A DNA stretch of 64,000 bases, from the IMG/VR virus record IMGVR_UViG_3300023172_002538; one strand, given 5' to 3'. The notes below the pieces were generated by a model. That model saw only the letters and a list, made by a program, of their open reading frames with translations, searched no databases and was not told the DNA's origin. The stretch is from an uncultured virus (IMG/VR IMGVR_UViG_3300023172_002538). Its lineage: Duplodnaviria > Heunggongvirae > Uroviricota > Caudoviricetes. Shown piece by piece: positions 46,859 to 57,362 of the stretch (position 1 is the stretch's first letter; the number at the start of each line of letters is the position of its first letter). A program made the translations under genes and the position numbers.

Positions 46859-47293
46859 GTAACTAAAGCATTTACCTTTCCACGTTCGCATTTTATTGGC
46901 TTCGATCACGTTTGGTCTGAGATTGAACGTCTTTCAGAGATGTCAGACAACAAACTTTTTCCTCCACACAACGTAGTCAAGCATGACGAATCAACGTTTT
47001 CAATCGAACTTGCACTGGCTGGTTATAGCAGAGACAACCTAGAAATTGAAGTGAAAGAAGGCAACGCTCTTCTTGTGATTTCTGGCGACAACCGAGTCGA
47101 AGAGTTTGAAAACGAGCGATCAAAGGAGTACCTGCATCGTGGAATCTCAGGTAAGAAGTTTACTCGCACCTTTAGACTGTCAGAACATGTTGTTGTTGAT
47201 GGAGCAGACTTCGTGGACGGATTACTCGTCATTAACTTGAGAGTAGAGATTCCTGAAGAAAAGCGTCCGAGAAAAATCTCAATCTCATCTTAA
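46856..47293 (+). CDS. hsp20: small heat shock protein Hsp20 (IbpA-like)
   Basis: FIGFD, FPPHNVV, IELALAGY, YLHRGIS, DGLLVINL, IPEEKRPRKI. Confidence 0.93.
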   Translation: MVTKAFTFPRSHFIGFDHVWSEIERLSEMSDNKLFPPHNVVKHDESTFSIELALAGYSRDNLEIEVKEGNALLVISGDNRVEEFENERSKEYLHRGISGKKFTRTFRLSEHVVVDGADFVDGLLVINLRVEIPEEKRPRKISISS

Positions 47294-47307
47294 AGGACGT
47301 AATACAA

Positions 47308-47595
47308 TTGAAAAGAATTTTAGCCCTCGCACTTGCATTGGGTTTATCTGCTAGTGTTAGCGCCAATGATGTTGAAGAAGTAAAAGTGTATGCGACAAAG
47401 ATCGACAACTCAGGCTATACTATGAGAGCCGGTCTGACGAACGTTGCGCTGTTGCACGAATACGACGAAAGACTTGACACTTGGCATTACATTGGTTATA
47501 CTGATGAATACGGTCAAACTGTAACAGTTGATGTTGATAAATCTATCAACAAAGCTATTGCAGACGCCGTGAAGACATTCTTCAGTGTCGATTAA
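47308..47595 (+). CDS. small secreted protein with TonB-box-like N-terminus
   Basis: Signal peptide MKRILALALALGLSASVSA followed by NDVEEVKVYATK. Confidence 0.6.
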   Translation: MKRILALALALGLSASVSANDVEEVKVYATKIDNSGYTMRAGLTNVALLHEYDERLDTWHYIGYTDEYGQTVTVDVDKSINKAIADAVKTFFSVD

Positions 47596-47602
47596 CCCGA
47601 TG

Positions 47603-47610
47603 TATAAATA
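47603..47610 (+). promoter_or_regulatory. T4-type late promoter
   Basis: Intergenic TATAAATA. Confidence 0.7.
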
Positions 47611-47667
47611 TTAACGGTTTGCGGAGTTCCGTTTAAATAAAACTCCGCTCTACATAAGGAGCTAATT

Positions 47668-47784
47668 ATGATCAAGGCAATTGGGGATTGGGTAAAAGAT
47701 TTCTTTATGGGTCTGACTCATGAACAAGCAGGATGGTTAACCATCGGAACTGTTGGGGTCATTGTACTTCTAGCTATCGTATAG
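47668..47784 (+). CDS. small single-TM membrane protein (38 aa, not in ORF track)
   Basis: AAGGAG RBS; MIKAIGDWVKDFFMGLTHEQAGWLTIGTVGVIVLLAIV. Confidence 0.6.
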   Translation: MIKAIGDWVKDFFMGLTHEQAGWLTIGTVGVIVLLAIV

Positions 47785-47792
47785 GATTTATT

Positions 47793-48548
47793 ATGATTGA
47801 TGCATACATGCAGGTCGATCTTAACGATCCTCTCGCTGTAAAATATCATAAAGTCGCATTGAAATCCTTTGAATGCGTATCAGACATTTTCAGAATAAAT
47901 GTTGTGCAGTGTATCACGCCTGATACGCTTCTCGATCTACCATTCTCAGAAGATAAAAGAAGATCACCTCAAGAAAAAGCCTCTTTGTGTTCTCAATACA
48001 GAATGCATAAGCGCATGTCCCAAGAAGGTCCAATGAAGCGGTTCTTTATTATGGAACACGATGCATATCTAAGACCTGATCAAGAAGAAACGTTTCGCAT
48101 GATCATGTCTAAGTGGGAACAAATGATCACTCTTAATATTGGCATTGCTATGGAATGCTACACGTGTAAGCGCCAAATTTCTAAGTTGTTTTGTGAGGCT
48201 GTAGAAAACGATAAGACCACAAAAATGACTGGTCCTATGGGTATTCTGCATTCAGTCACAGATGCTTGGGTAAAGAAGAACAATCTTCAAGTCCGTGCGG
48301 TATACTGGCCCAAGATCGGTAAAGACAACAAAACAGGAGTTTCGAATGATGTGACTCGTGCACATCGAAAGCCTCAGATAGTTATCGAGGCTCCTGTCAC
48401 ACAATTAATTGATACGAGTTTGGGAACAACTGTAACTGATCGACCAGAGTCGCAAGTAAAAAATTACTACAACCAAGACACGCATCCTAATTTTCATTTC
48501 GTCAATTTGTCGGAATCGGTTGACAATTCTACTGATACTTTAGTATAA
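47793..48548 (+). CDS. GT25-like glycosyltransferase
   Basis: [13 protein letters not shown]...FFIMEHDA resembles the GT25 E.GC..SH...W...I.EDD pattern. Confidence 0.55.
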   Translation: MIDAYMQVDLNDPLAVKYHKVALKSFECVSDIFRINVVQCITPDTLLDLPFSEDKRRSPQEKASLCSQYRMHKRMSQEGPMKRFFIMEHDAYLRPDQEETFRMIMSKWEQMITLNIGIAMECYTCKRQISKLFCEAVENDKTTKMTGPMGILHSVTDAWVKKNNLQVRAVYWPKIGKDNKTGVSNDVTRAHRKPQIVIEAPVTQLIDTSLGTTVTDRPESQVKNYYNQDTHPNFHFVNLSESVDNSTDTLV

Positions 48549-48549
48549 T
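48520..48549 (+). promoter_or_regulatory. sigma70-type promoter for gp43
   Basis: TTGACA-18 bp-TATAAT. Confidence 0.65.
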
Positions 48550-48555
48550 ACGTAC

Positions 48556-50991
48556 ATGAAATTTTATACGAATGTTGTCCGCGCGGGCAACAAAATACTC
48601 TATCGTGGTTACGAAAGTGGATCTCGCGTCGAGCGTAGAATTCCGTACACTCCTACCCTGTTCGTTGAAAGCAATCGTGCAACTGGCAAGTACAAGACGC
48701 TCTACGGTAAGTCTGTCGAGCCTATGCAGTTCGGTGACATGCGTGAAGCTTCTGACTTTATAAAGCAGTACGAGAACGTTCCTAACTTCTCCGTACATGG
48801 TCAGACGAATTATGTCACTCAGTTCATCGGCGACACTTTTCCTAACGATATCAAGTTTGATCGTGACCTGATCAACGTAATGACTATCGACATCGAGGTC
48901 GCATCTGATCAAGGCTTTCCTCATCCGAGAGAAGCCGCACATCCTATTATCTCTATCGCCGCCAAGTCTAATCGATCAAAGACTTACTATGTGTGGGGTA
49001 TGGACAATTACGATACGGATCTGAACGATCATGACATCACCTACTTTCGTTGTGAAAATGAATATGATCTACTCACTGCGTTTCTTGGTTGGTGGCAAGG
49101 CAACTGCCCAGATGTACTGACTGGCTGGAACTCCAAACTCTTTGACATTCCATATCTGGTGCGCCGTACTCAACAAGTTCTCCATGCCGAGGCTGTAAAG
49201 AAGTTCTCGCCGTGGGGTCTCGTGCGTGAGCGTGAGATTCGCATGATGAACACGGTTGAGATTGCATACGAGATCGAGGGCATCTCTCAGATGGACTACC
49301 TTGATCTGTTCAAGAAGTTTGGCAAGCAGACCTGGGGTGAGCAAGAATCATACAAGCTTGATCATATCGCACACGTGATACTTGGCGAGCGCAAACTGTC
49401 GTATGAAGAATACGGTTCGCTTCACAGTCTGTACAAGCATGACTACCAAAAGTTCATTGACTACAACATCAAAGACGTTGAACTGGTTGATCGTTTCGAA
49501 GAGAAGATGGGTCTCATCTCTCTCGCCATGACTATGGCATATCAAGCAAAGACAAACTACCAAGACACGTTTGGCACCACTGCGATCTGGGATTCAATCA
49601 TCTATAATCAACTGCGGCAAAAGAACGTGGTGATTCCTGGCAAGCCTGACATTGACCATGACGCTGGCAAGATCGTCGGCGGCTATGTAAAAGATCCCAT
49701 GGTCGGTGCGCACGATTGGGTTGTGTCGTTCGACCTTAACTCTCTGTATCCGAACATCATCGTGCAGTACAACATGTCGCCCGAGACAATGTGCTACGAC
49801 GAAAACGTAGAGACCACGAAGTGTGCCAATGGTGCGATGTTCCGAAAAGACTTTGAGGGCATCATCCCTAACGTGATTCGTAAGTTCTATGATGATCGTG
49901 TGACCATCAAGGGCAACATGCTCAAAGCCAAACAGCAATACGAAGAAGCGCCTACCAAGAAACTTGAGAACGAAATCGCTACGATGGACAATCAGCAGAT
50001 GGCGATCAAGATTCTGATGAACTCTCTCTATGGTGCACTCGCCAACAAATACTTTCGGTACTTCGATCAGAAGATTGCTGAGGGTGTGACCACAAATGGT
50101 CAGCGAGCAATCAAGTGTGCCGAGAAAGCAGTGAACGATGAGATGCAAGAGATTCTTGGTACCAAAGACGACTACGTGATTGCAATCGACACCGACTCTG
50201 TGTACATTAACTTCGCACCGCTGGTCGAGTTGCACAAGCCTGTCAATCCCGTCAACTTCTGTAGTAAAGTCGCAGAACATTTTGAAACTAAAATCGCAGA
50301 AGCCTATGCAAAGCTGGCGGACGAGACTAGTGCGTACGAAAATCGTATGGTGATGAAGCGTGAAGCGATTGCTGATCGCGGCATCTGGATGGCTAAGAAG
50401 CGATACATTCTAAATGTCCATGACAACGAGGGTGTGCGGTACGCTCAGCCGAAACTCAAGATGATGGGTATCGAAGCGATCAAGTCTAGTACGCCGCAGG
50501 TCGTACGTGACAAAATGAAAGAGACGTTCAAAGTAATCATCGAGGGCACTGAGTCTGACACGCAACGATTCATTGCCAACTTCAAGGCTGAGTTTAAAAA
50601 CCTAGAGCCCGAAGTAATTGCGTTTCCGCGTGGCGTCTCTGAAGTGACAAAGTGGAAAGATCGTCAGACTATTTACGGCAAGGGCACACCGATTCATGTT
50701 CGTGGCTCTCTGCTATATAATCATTATGTTAAGCAAGCTGGCTTACAAGACAAATACGAGTTGATTCAAGACGGTGAGAAAATTAAGTTTCTGTACCTCC
50801 GCCAGCCGAACAAGATTAAAGAGAACGTAATATCTTTTCCAATGCAGTTGCCCAAAGAACTTGGCTTGCACGTGTCAATAGATTATGATATGATGTTCGT
50901 TAAAACATTCCTTGATCCGCTTGAGCCAATTCTCGCCGCAGTCGGCTGGTCAGCAGAACCAAGGGCAACGCTTGAGGACTTCTTTGGATGA
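48556..50991 (+). CDS. gp43: family B DNA polymerase gp43
   Basis: DIEV (ExoI), [32 protein letters not shown]-terminal clamp-binding TLEDFFG. Confidence 0.97.
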   Translation: MKFYTNVVRAGNKILYRGYESGSRVERRIPYTPTLFVESNRATGKYKTLYGKSVEPMQFGDMREASDFIKQYENVPNFSVHGQTNYVTQFIGDTFPNDIKFDRDLINVMTIDIEVASDQGFPHPREAAHPIISIAAKSNRSKTYYVWGMDNYDTDLNDHDITYFRCENEYDLLTAFLGWWQGNCPDVLTGWNSKLFDIPYLVRRTQQVLHAEAVKKFSPWGLVREREIRMMNTVEIAYEIEGISQMDYLDLFKKFGKQTWGEQESYKLDHIAHVILGERKLSYEEYGSLHSLYKHDYQKFIDYNIKDVELVDRFEEKMGLISLAMTMAYQAKTNYQDTFGTTAIWDSIIYNQLRQKNVVIPGKPDIDHDAGKIVGGYVKDPMVGAHDWVVSFDLNSLYPNIIVQYNMSPETMCYDENVETTKCANGAMFRKDFEGIIPNVIRKFYDDRVTIKGNMLKAKQQYEEAPTKKLENEIATMDNQQMAIKILMNSLYGALANKYFRYFDQKIAEGVTTNGQRAIKCAEKAVNDEMQEILGTKDDYVIAIDTDSVYINFAPLVELHKPVNPVNFCSKVAEHFETKIAEAYAKLADETSAYENRMVMKREAIADRGIWMAKKRYILNVHDNEGVRYAQPKLKMMGIEAIKSSTPQVVRDKMKETFKVIIEGTESDTQRFIANFKAEFKNLEPEVIAFPRGVSEVTKWKDRQTIYGKGTPIHVRGSLLYNHYVKQAGLQDKYELIQDGEKIKFLYLRQPNKIKENVISFPMQLPKELGLHVSIDYDMMFVKTFLDPLEPILAAVGWSAEPRATLEDFFG

Positions 50992-51593
50992 ATCTAGAAC
51001 ACTTATCTTTTCCTGATATAGGATGGGGTTACATGCCACCGACTGATGATGTGTTTAGAGCGTTTGAGTGGGCACAAAAACTCTTCAAGCCGAAGCGAGT
51101 TTTAGAGATCGGTTTTCATCTTGGTCATTCGACCACATATCAACTTGAGATATACAAAGACCTTGAAAAGATGATTTCTTGCTCGCCTTACGAAGATCGA
51201 AACGGCAAAGTAGACGATAGAATCAATCCTGCGGCACGATGGCTTGCCGCTATAAAACTATCGAAGATGTATCGAAATAAGTGGCGATGGATTCCTGGCA
51301 AAGCACATCAAATGATAGACGAAATTTCTATCTACGATTACGACTTCGCACTAATCGATGGCGGTCACACTTATCCTGCGGCTTCACATGATATGACTAT
51401 GTGCATTGATCTCGGCATTAAAGCTATGTTGATCGATAACTTTGAGTTGGTTCCTGTTCGCGATGCATTCGCAGACCATCACGAACTAAAGTTGATAAAA
51501 AAGTTCTACTACGAGCAAACGTTCAAGGGTAGACGTAAGATGAATCAATTGGCATTGGTAAAGGTTGACAGCCCACAACTTAATCTGTTATAA
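50988..51593 (+). CDS. class I SAM-dependent methyltransferase (Methyltransf_24-like)
   Basis: [20 protein letters not shown]. Confidence 0.8.
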   Translation: MNLEHLSFPDIGWGYMPPTDDVFRAFEWAQKLFKPKRVLEIGFHLGHSTTYQLEIYKDLEKMISCSPYEDRNGKVDDRINPAARWLAAIKLSKMYRNKWRWIPGKAHQMIDEISIYDYDFALIDGGHTYPAASHDMTMCIDLGIKAMLIDNFELVPVRDAFADHHELKLIKKFYYEQTFKGRRKMNQLALVKVDSPQLNLL

Positions 51594-51594
51594 T
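51565..51594 (+). promoter_or_regulatory. sigma70-type promoter
   Basis: TTGACA-18 bp-TATAAT with TGn extension. Confidence 0.65.
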
Positions 51595-51600
51595 TTCTGA

Positions 51601-52524
51601 ATGAAACTAGAACTGACGCTGTTTAAAAATCGTTATGACAATAAGACTCATAAACGAATGACCATGAATAATTGGCATGAGTTTACTGAGTTGCTGTCTG
51701 GTTTGTCTAGCATACCCGAGTCGAAGAAAACTGCTTCGCTGATTAGTCCTGCAATTTATACTGAAGGTACAACAAGATCAAATGACAACGTTGAGTACTG
51801 GGGTCGCTGGGCGGCTGTCGATGTTGATGATGTCACTTTTGAGGAGCCACTAACAAATGAGCTTCATAGTAGGTATGGGCATTGGAACTTTGTGTGTTAT
51901 TCTACTGCAAGTAGTACAGTCGATACACCTAAATTCCGACTTGTATTTGAACTTACACGAAACGTCGAGCGAGATGAGATCCGACATTTCTGGCATGCCC
52001 TCAACACAGAACTTGGTGAGATCGGCGATGCTCAGACAAAGGATCTTAGTCGTATGTACTACGTTCCTGCTCAGTATTTCGACGCTCATAATTTTATGTT
52101 TTCTAATCACGGCGACCCTATTGATCCAGACTACTTAAAGGCTAAACATCCATACAAAGAGAAAGAAGGCAAAAACTTTTTAGATCGTCTGCCGCCCGAG
52201 TTGCAAAAAGCAGTGCTTGAGCATCGTAAGCAAGCACTAGATAACACCAACGTTTCTTGGTCCAGCTATCGTGATTGCCCGTTTTGGCCAAAGAAACTTT
52301 CTATGCAGTATCAAACAATAACGAGTACCGGATGGTATCACAAGATGTATCAGATCATGGTTGCTACAGCAGGCAATGCCATCAAGAATGGTTATCCTAT
52401 TTCTGCAAAGCAAATCGCAGAACTTTGTAGACAATTTGACAATGAGAATGGAATGTGGTATACTAATCGACCACTAGAGAAAGAAGCTGATAGAGCAGTT
52501 GAATATGCCTATCGCAACAACTAG
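51601..52524 (+). CDS. AEP-superfamily primase/polymerase-like protein
   Basis: AVDVDD, YSTASS, PKFRLVF, D...KDLSRMYYVP; helical PriCT-like C-terminus. Confidence 0.6.
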   Translation: MKLELTLFKNRYDNKTHKRMTMNNWHEFTELLSGLSSIPESKKTASLISPAIYTEGTTRSNDNVEYWGRWAAVDVDDVTFEEPLTNELHSRYGHWNFVCYSTASSTVDTPKFRLVFELTRNVERDEIRHFWHALNTELGEIGDAQTKDLSRMYYVPAQYFDAHNFMFSNHGDPIDPDYLKAKHPYKEKEGKNFLDRLPPELQKAVLEHRKQALDNTNVSWSSYRDCPFWPKKLSMQYQTITSTGWYHKMYQIMVATAGNAIKNGYPISAKQIAELCRQFDNENGMWYTNRPLEKEADRAVEYAYRNN

Positions 52525-52533
52525 GAGCAAATA

Positions 52534-53487
52534 ATGAGTGATAATGTAACTGAAATCGCGCCAAAACTGAGCGAACCTCAAGTGGCAGCCGATGGAACTG
52601 TTGTACGAGTAGATGAAGAAGGCTGGGAGCATCCTCAATCACCGCCTATTGGTCAAGAGGAAGCTGGTCTTCAGACGATGAAAGCGGGCATTATTGGTAG
52701 CAATATGCTTGCTGATGCAACTGCTGTTGCTTTCAATACCAAAGCATCTGAGTTTGTAAGAGCAGAATCGTTTAATGACGTTGATGCTCTGATTGAGTCG
52801 CGACCTACTATCGTATTCATCTGTGAAGAAATTCCTTTGATGAAAAACGATACGTTCGATGACGCGGATTTTCTAAACGCTGTAAACAAATTGTTTAAGC
52901 AAACCGAGTGTGCCATCTGCATTCGATCAACGCTAAACATCGAAACAACTCAGCGGTTGATTGCGACTCTGGGCTATGATGTCTTTAGCGCAAAAGTTTG
53001 TTACTTCCCTGAGATGAGTGATGCAACAAACATGGGTGAAATTTTAGTCTCTGACTATCATATAGTTGGTGGCGAAGAAAAGCCTCGGCAAGCATTAATG
53101 CAACTTCTGCAACACGCGAGCCATTTCTCAGCCGCACAAGTTGCTGTTGGTAGCATTTGGGAAGTAATTTATGCTAAACTAGGTCTTGCGGGCTTCAAAG
53201 CAGTCAAGCAGACTTTCTTTAATCAGTTGTATGATACCATTCTTGATGTTAAGAATGCGAATCCAACAATCGTTCGACGTTTGATGGAGAATGCACCTGA
53301 CATTACTGACAAGAGTGTCATGGTTCCTACGTTCGTTCGTGCGAAGACTGACGATTCGATTAGTTACAAGCAAGCCCGTGGGTATGCTGGTGAATTCTTG
53401 AATCACGATGTACGCGCACTTGCGGGTCTGTCTGACAAACTACCGCTAATTGATGAGTGCATTAACTTTAAAAATCTGAAGGACTAA
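52534..53487 (+). CDS. degenerate UDP-glucose/GDP-mannose dehydrogenase-like protein
   Basis: CIRST, YFPE, AK...GFKAVKQTFFNQLYD; lacks an intact GxGxxG and the catalytic Cys (GYAGEFL). Confidence 0.6.
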   Translation: MSDNVTEIAPKLSEPQVAADGTVVRVDEEGWEHPQSPPIGQEEAGLQTMKAGIIGSNMLADATAVAFNTKASEFVRAESFNDVDALIESRPTIVFICEEIPLMKNDTFDDADFLNAVNKLFKQTECAICIRSTLNIETTQRLIATLGYDVFSAKVCYFPEMSDATNMGEILVSDYHIVGGEEKPRQALMQLLQHASHFSAAQVAVGSIWEVIYAKLGLAGFKAVKQTFFNQLYDTILDVKNANPTIVRRLMENAPDITDKSVMVPTFVRAKTDDSISYKQARGYAGEFLNHDVRALAGLSDKLPLIDECINFKNLKD

Positions 53488-53490
53488 TAT

Positions 53491-54540
53491 ATGTCAGTAA
53501 TGAACAAGCTGAAGAAAAACTCTAAAGTCGCACACACGGCTGTGCTGTCTGAGTCTGAGTTTTTTCAAGAGCGTGAGATTACAACCCTCGACGTTCCTAT
53601 GTTGAATGTCGCTCTGTCTGGTAGTCTGAAGGGTGGACTGGCGTCAGGACTTACTGTTCTCGCTGGTCCATCTAAGCACTTCAAAACTTCGTTTGCACTA
53701 AAGATGGCGGCTGAGTTTTTGAAGTCTGATCCAGATGCAGTAATGCTGTTCTATGATTCTGAGTTTGGTTCGCCTCAGTCTTACTTTGAAACGTTTGGTA
53801 TTGATGTGAATCGTGTGCTCCACACGCCTATCACCAATGTCGAAGAACTGAAGTTTGATCTGATCAACCAGCTTGAGAATCTGGACAAAGCCGATAAAGT
53901 TATTGTGGTGATTGACTCTATTGGTAACCTAGCATCTAAGAAAGAACTTGAGGATGCAATCAACGAAAAGTCTGTGGCTGATATGTCACGTGCGAAAGCA
54001 CTCAAGGGCTTGTTCAGAATGACAACTCCTTATCTGACGATGAAGAACATTCCTCTTCTTGCAATCAATCATACGTACAAAGAGATTGGTTTGTTTCCGA
54101 AAGATATTGTTGGTGGCGGTACTGGCATTTATTACTCTGCTGATAACATCTGGATTCTCGGTCGTCGGCAGAACAAAACTGGCACTGAGGTAACTGGTTA
54201 TGACTTTATTATCAACGTCGAAAAGTCTCGATTTGTTAAAGAGAAGTCAAAGATTCCTATCCGAGTTTCTTGGGAAGGTGGGATTGAGCCTTATAGTGGT
54301 CTTCTGGATGTTGCTCTTGCTGGTGGTTTTGTTATTAAGCCTAGTAACGGCTGGTATCAACTGGTTGATAAAGCTACTGGACAACTGGTTGGCGGAAAGG
54401 TCAGAGAGAAAGACACGCTCGCGCATTCTTTCTGGGAAGGACTATTAGAAGACGAAGACTTCCAGTCGTTCATTGAAAAGCAATACAAGATTGGTGCTGG
54501 TGCATCGATTGAACTTGATCTAGAAATGGAAGTTGAGTGA
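53491..54540 (+). CDS. uvsX: recombinase UvsX (RecA-like)
   Basis: AGPSKHFKT, FYDSEFG, IDSIGNLAS, DMSRAK. Confidence 0.95.
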   Translation: MSVMNKLKKNSKVAHTAVLSESEFFQEREITTLDVPMLNVALSGSLKGGLASGLTVLAGPSKHFKTSFALKMAAEFLKSDPDAVMLFYDSEFGSPQSYFETFGIDVNRVLHTPITNVEELKFDLINQLENLDKADKVIVVIDSIGNLASKKELEDAINEKSVADMSRAKALKGLFRMTTPYLTMKNIPLLAINHTYKEIGLFPKDIVGGGTGIYYSADNIWILGRRQNKTGTEVTGYDFIINVEKSRFVKEKSKIPIRVSWEGGIEPYSGLLDVALAGGFVIKPSNGWYQLVDKATGQLVGGKVREKDTLAHSFWEGLLEDEDFQSFIEKQYKIGAGASIELDLEMEVE

Positions 54541-54863
54541 TGGGTATTGGAGTAGCACGAGAAGGAATTGACTATCAGTTGATTCCTGCTACAGACGATG
54601 AGCGCGATCAGTCTTGGGATATTCGTATCATCAAGGGTGAGTTTACTGAGACTGTATTGCGTTTTGGAAACATTGCTTTCGACGGAGAAAATGATTGCTT
54701 AAACTTTAATTTTATGATAGTATCAACACCTGATACTGAATTGACAGAAGCGAACGTAGCCCTTCAAGATCGAGCCGCAGAAGTTCTTGCGTCTGTTCTT
54801 GAAGAAGCGGCGCAAACCGGTAGTTTACAATTAGGCAATCCCGACGATGACAGTGAAGATTGA
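54537..54863 (+). CDS. gp40-like protein
   Basis: Between uvsX and gp41; WDIRIIKGEFTETVLRFGNI. Confidence 0.6.
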   Translation: MMGIGVAREGIDYQLIPATDDERDQSWDIRIIKGEFTETVLRFGNIAFDGENDCLNFNFMIVSTPDTELTEANVALQDRAAEVLASVLEEAAQTGSLQLGNPDDDSED

Positions 54864-56226
54864 TTTAGAACAAACAATCATTCGAAACATTTTGACAAAT
54901 GAACCTTACATGCGTAAGGTCATTCCTTTCATTAAGAAAGAATACTTCGAAGGTGTGTACCAACATCTGTTCACTGAGGTGACGAAGTTTGTTGGCAAAT
55001 ACAATAAGTTGCCGACGCTAGAATCTTTTAAGATTGAATTGGATCAGTCTGACAAATTGACTGACCAGATGTACACTCATGCCATGGACATTCTTCCTAA
55101 CATCTTTGAGGTGAAAGAAGAGAATGATACGTGGCTATTAGATACAACAGAAAAGTGGTGTCAAGATCGTGCGGTCTATCGTGCTATCATGGAGTCGATT
55201 ACAATCATCGACGGTAAGCATGAGAAGCTATCAAAGAACGCTCTGCCTGACATCCTACAGAATGCACTAGCCGTATCGTTCGACACGAACGTAGGTCATG
55301 ACTACCTTGAAAACGTAGATGAACGATACGCCTTTTATCATGAGCAAGAAGAGCGCATCCCCTTCGATCTCGATTACTTCAATCGAATCACAAAGGGTGG
55401 ACTGCCAAATAAGACGCTAAACATCGCCTTGGCAGGCACGGGTGTTGGTAAGTCATTGTTCATGTGTCACGTTGCGGCTAGTGCCCTATCGCAGGGTCGT
55501 AATGTCTTGTACATTACGATGGAGATGGCAGAGGAGCGCATTGCTGAACGCATTGACGCAAATCTGCTGAATGTGCCAATCGATCAGTTAGAGAACATGT
55601 CGCAGACAATGTTCACTGACCGTGTGCGTCAAATTGCGAATAGCACAAACGGTAAGCTGATCATCAAGGAGTACCCGACTGGACAGGCTCATAGCGGTCA
55701 CTTCCGGGCGTTGCTGATGGAACTCAAACTGAAGAAAAAGTTTGTTCCCGAGTTAATCTTCATTGATTACTTGAACATCTGTGCATCGTCTAGAATGAAA
55801 GCCATGGGCGGTGCAATCAACTCTTATACTTATGTCAAGGCTATCGCAGAAGAAATACGCGGGCTTGCTGTAGAGTTTGATGTGCCTATTGTGTCAGCAA
55901 CACAAACGACTCGGTCGGGGTATGGCAATTCTGATCCTGGACTAGAAGACACATCTGAGTCTTTCGGTCTTCCTGCAACGGCTGACCTGATGTTCGCCCT
56001 TGTGTCCAACGATGAGCTAAATAGTCTTGGACAGATAATGGTGAAACAGTTAAAGAATCGTTACAACGATCCTAACGTCGATAAGCGATTTGTAATTGGC
56101 GTGGATCGAAGTAAGATGAAACTATATGATGTAGATGAAACACAACAGAACCTTGTTGATGATGATATTCCAGTTTTTGATAAATCGTCCTCGGGCGAAA
56201 AACTCAAGAACATAAAAATCTTCTAG
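54847..56226 (+). CDS. gp41: replicative DNA helicase gp41
   Basis: LAGTGVGKSLFMC, ITMEMAEERI, IDYLNIC, SATQTTR, KQLKNRY. Confidence 0.96.
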   Translation: MTVKIDLEQTIIRNILTNEPYMRKVIPFIKKEYFEGVYQHLFTEVTKFVGKYNKLPTLESFKIELDQSDKLTDQMYTHAMDILPNIFEVKEENDTWLLDTTEKWCQDRAVYRAIMESITIIDGKHEKLSKNALPDILQNALAVSFDTNVGHDYLENVDERYAFYHEQEERIPFDLDYFNRITKGGLPNKTLNIALAGTGVGKSLFMCHVAASALSQGRNVLYITMEMAEERIAERIDANLLNVPIDQLENMSQTMFTDRVRQIANSTNGKLIIKEYPTGQAHSGHFRALLMELKLKKKFVPELIFIDYLNICASSRMKAMGGAINSYTYVKAIAEEIRGLAVEFDVPIVSATQTTRSGYGNSDPGLEDTSESFGLPATADLMFALVSNDELNSLGQIMVKQLKNRYNDPNVDKRFVIGVDRSKMKLYDVDETQQNLVDDDIPVFDKSSSGEKLKNIKIF

Positions 56227-56236
56227 GAGGTGCGTT

Positions 56237-56440
56237 ATGGATCCCTACACTCATACTCTTATTGCAGTAGGGCTGATGTTTGGCTCGTATTGGGCTGGTA
56301 GACATCTTGGTTATAAAGACGGCTTGATCGATGTATGGTCTGCTTTGCTTACAGTCTTTGATGCTAAGTCTATCGTTATTAATGAAAATGAAGAACTGAT
56401 TGTCACTGACAAAAACGGTGCCGAAAGAAAGGTGAATTGA
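56237..56440 (+). CDS. small membrane-anchored hypothetical protein
   Basis: AGGAGG RBS; hydrophobic N-terminus. Confidence 0.6.
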   Translation: MDPYTHTLIAVGLMFGSYWAGRHLGYKDGLIDVWSALLTVFDAKSIVINENEELIVTDKNGAERKVN

Positions 56441-56904
56441 TGGCTATTGAATATAAGTTTCGTGAAGATGAGTTGATCCAAGAATTCAAAGACTACATTG
56501 ACGCTACGTACAGCGGTCACTATGGTCATGGTGGATTCCAATCGAGTGAAGTAATTGTTGATCGTGGGCATGGTCTCGGTTTCTTTCTTGGCAACGTTGA
56601 TAAATACAACGGTCGATATGGCAAGAAAGGTTCTTCAGACGACCATCGCAAAGACTTGATGAAGATTCTGCACTATGCACTTCTTGCACTGTACGAACAT
56701 GACCGACTGAATCCTGTAGTGTCAATCAAGATGGATACCGATTGGCTCGATCATGCGCCTTCTAAAGATACTATCGGTCTAGGTCCACTCACAGTAGATA
56801 CAATTTCGTATCCATCAATCAACATTGAGAGTGACGTGAAAGTGGACATCACTGATTATCCTGAGTATGATGTTAAATTCAACGTAGACGGACTCAAGGT
56901 ATGA
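56437..56904 (+). CDS. DUF3310-like protein
   Basis: TYSGHY, FFLGNVDKY..RYGKK, DLMKILHY. Confidence 0.6.
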   Translation: MMAIEYKFREDELIQEFKDYIDATYSGHYGHGGFQSSEVIVDRGHGLGFFLGNVDKYNGRYGKKGSSDDHRKDLMKILHYALLALYEHDRLNPVVSIKMDTDWLDHAPSKDTIGLGPLTVDTISYPSINIESDVKVDITDYPEYDVKFNVDGLKV

Positions 56905-57146
56905 CAGAAGACATTTTCGATTTTGGCTTTACAGCCGTAACTGAAGAAGAGTTGGAGATTGTTCAGAAATCTTCGACAGAAAAGGATGCGGTTGAAAGTC
57001 GGCTCGATAAGTTGTATAATGCTATTCAACCATTGTTGGATAATCTGAGAAAGAATCCAGAGAAGGACTATATCTATTGGCCCAATCGTCTGGATAAAGT
57101 CGATCAGTTTAGGGATTACATCGACGACATCTATACTGGAAAGTAA
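56901..57146 (+). CDS. hypothetical protein
   Basis: FDFGFTAV.E, LL.NL.KNPEKDYIYWPNR; overlapping start/stop. Confidence 0.7.
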   Translation: MTEDIFDFGFTAVTEEELEIVQKSSTEKDAVESRLDKLYNAIQPLLDNLRKNPEKDYIYWPNRLDKVDQFRDYIDDIYTGK

Positions 57147-57362
57147 ATGACATTAAACATGAAGGCCGCTAAGACGGCTGTAAGTGATACAATCGTAGCA
57201 ACACCAATTAACTTAGTTCTCAACTACATACTTCTCAAAATGTTTCTACCTCTCAGTTTGACTGCGGAGTTGATGACTATAATCTTTACTTCCATATTTT
57301 TCGTTGTCGCTTGCGTCCGAAAATATTTTGTGATATCATTCTTTAATAGGAGAAATAAATGA
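57147..57362 (+). CDS. small two-TM membrane protein
   Basis: Two hydrophobic segments; tightly packed. Confidence 0.6.
   Translation: MTLNMKAAKTAVSDTIVATPINLVLNYILLKMFLPLSLTAELMTIIFTSIFFVVACVRKYFVISFFNRRNK

Noticed and set aside
49594..50280. 228-aa minus-strand ORF within gp43
   Set aside because: Antisense shadow. gp43 is continuous, with no intron or intein motifs seen.
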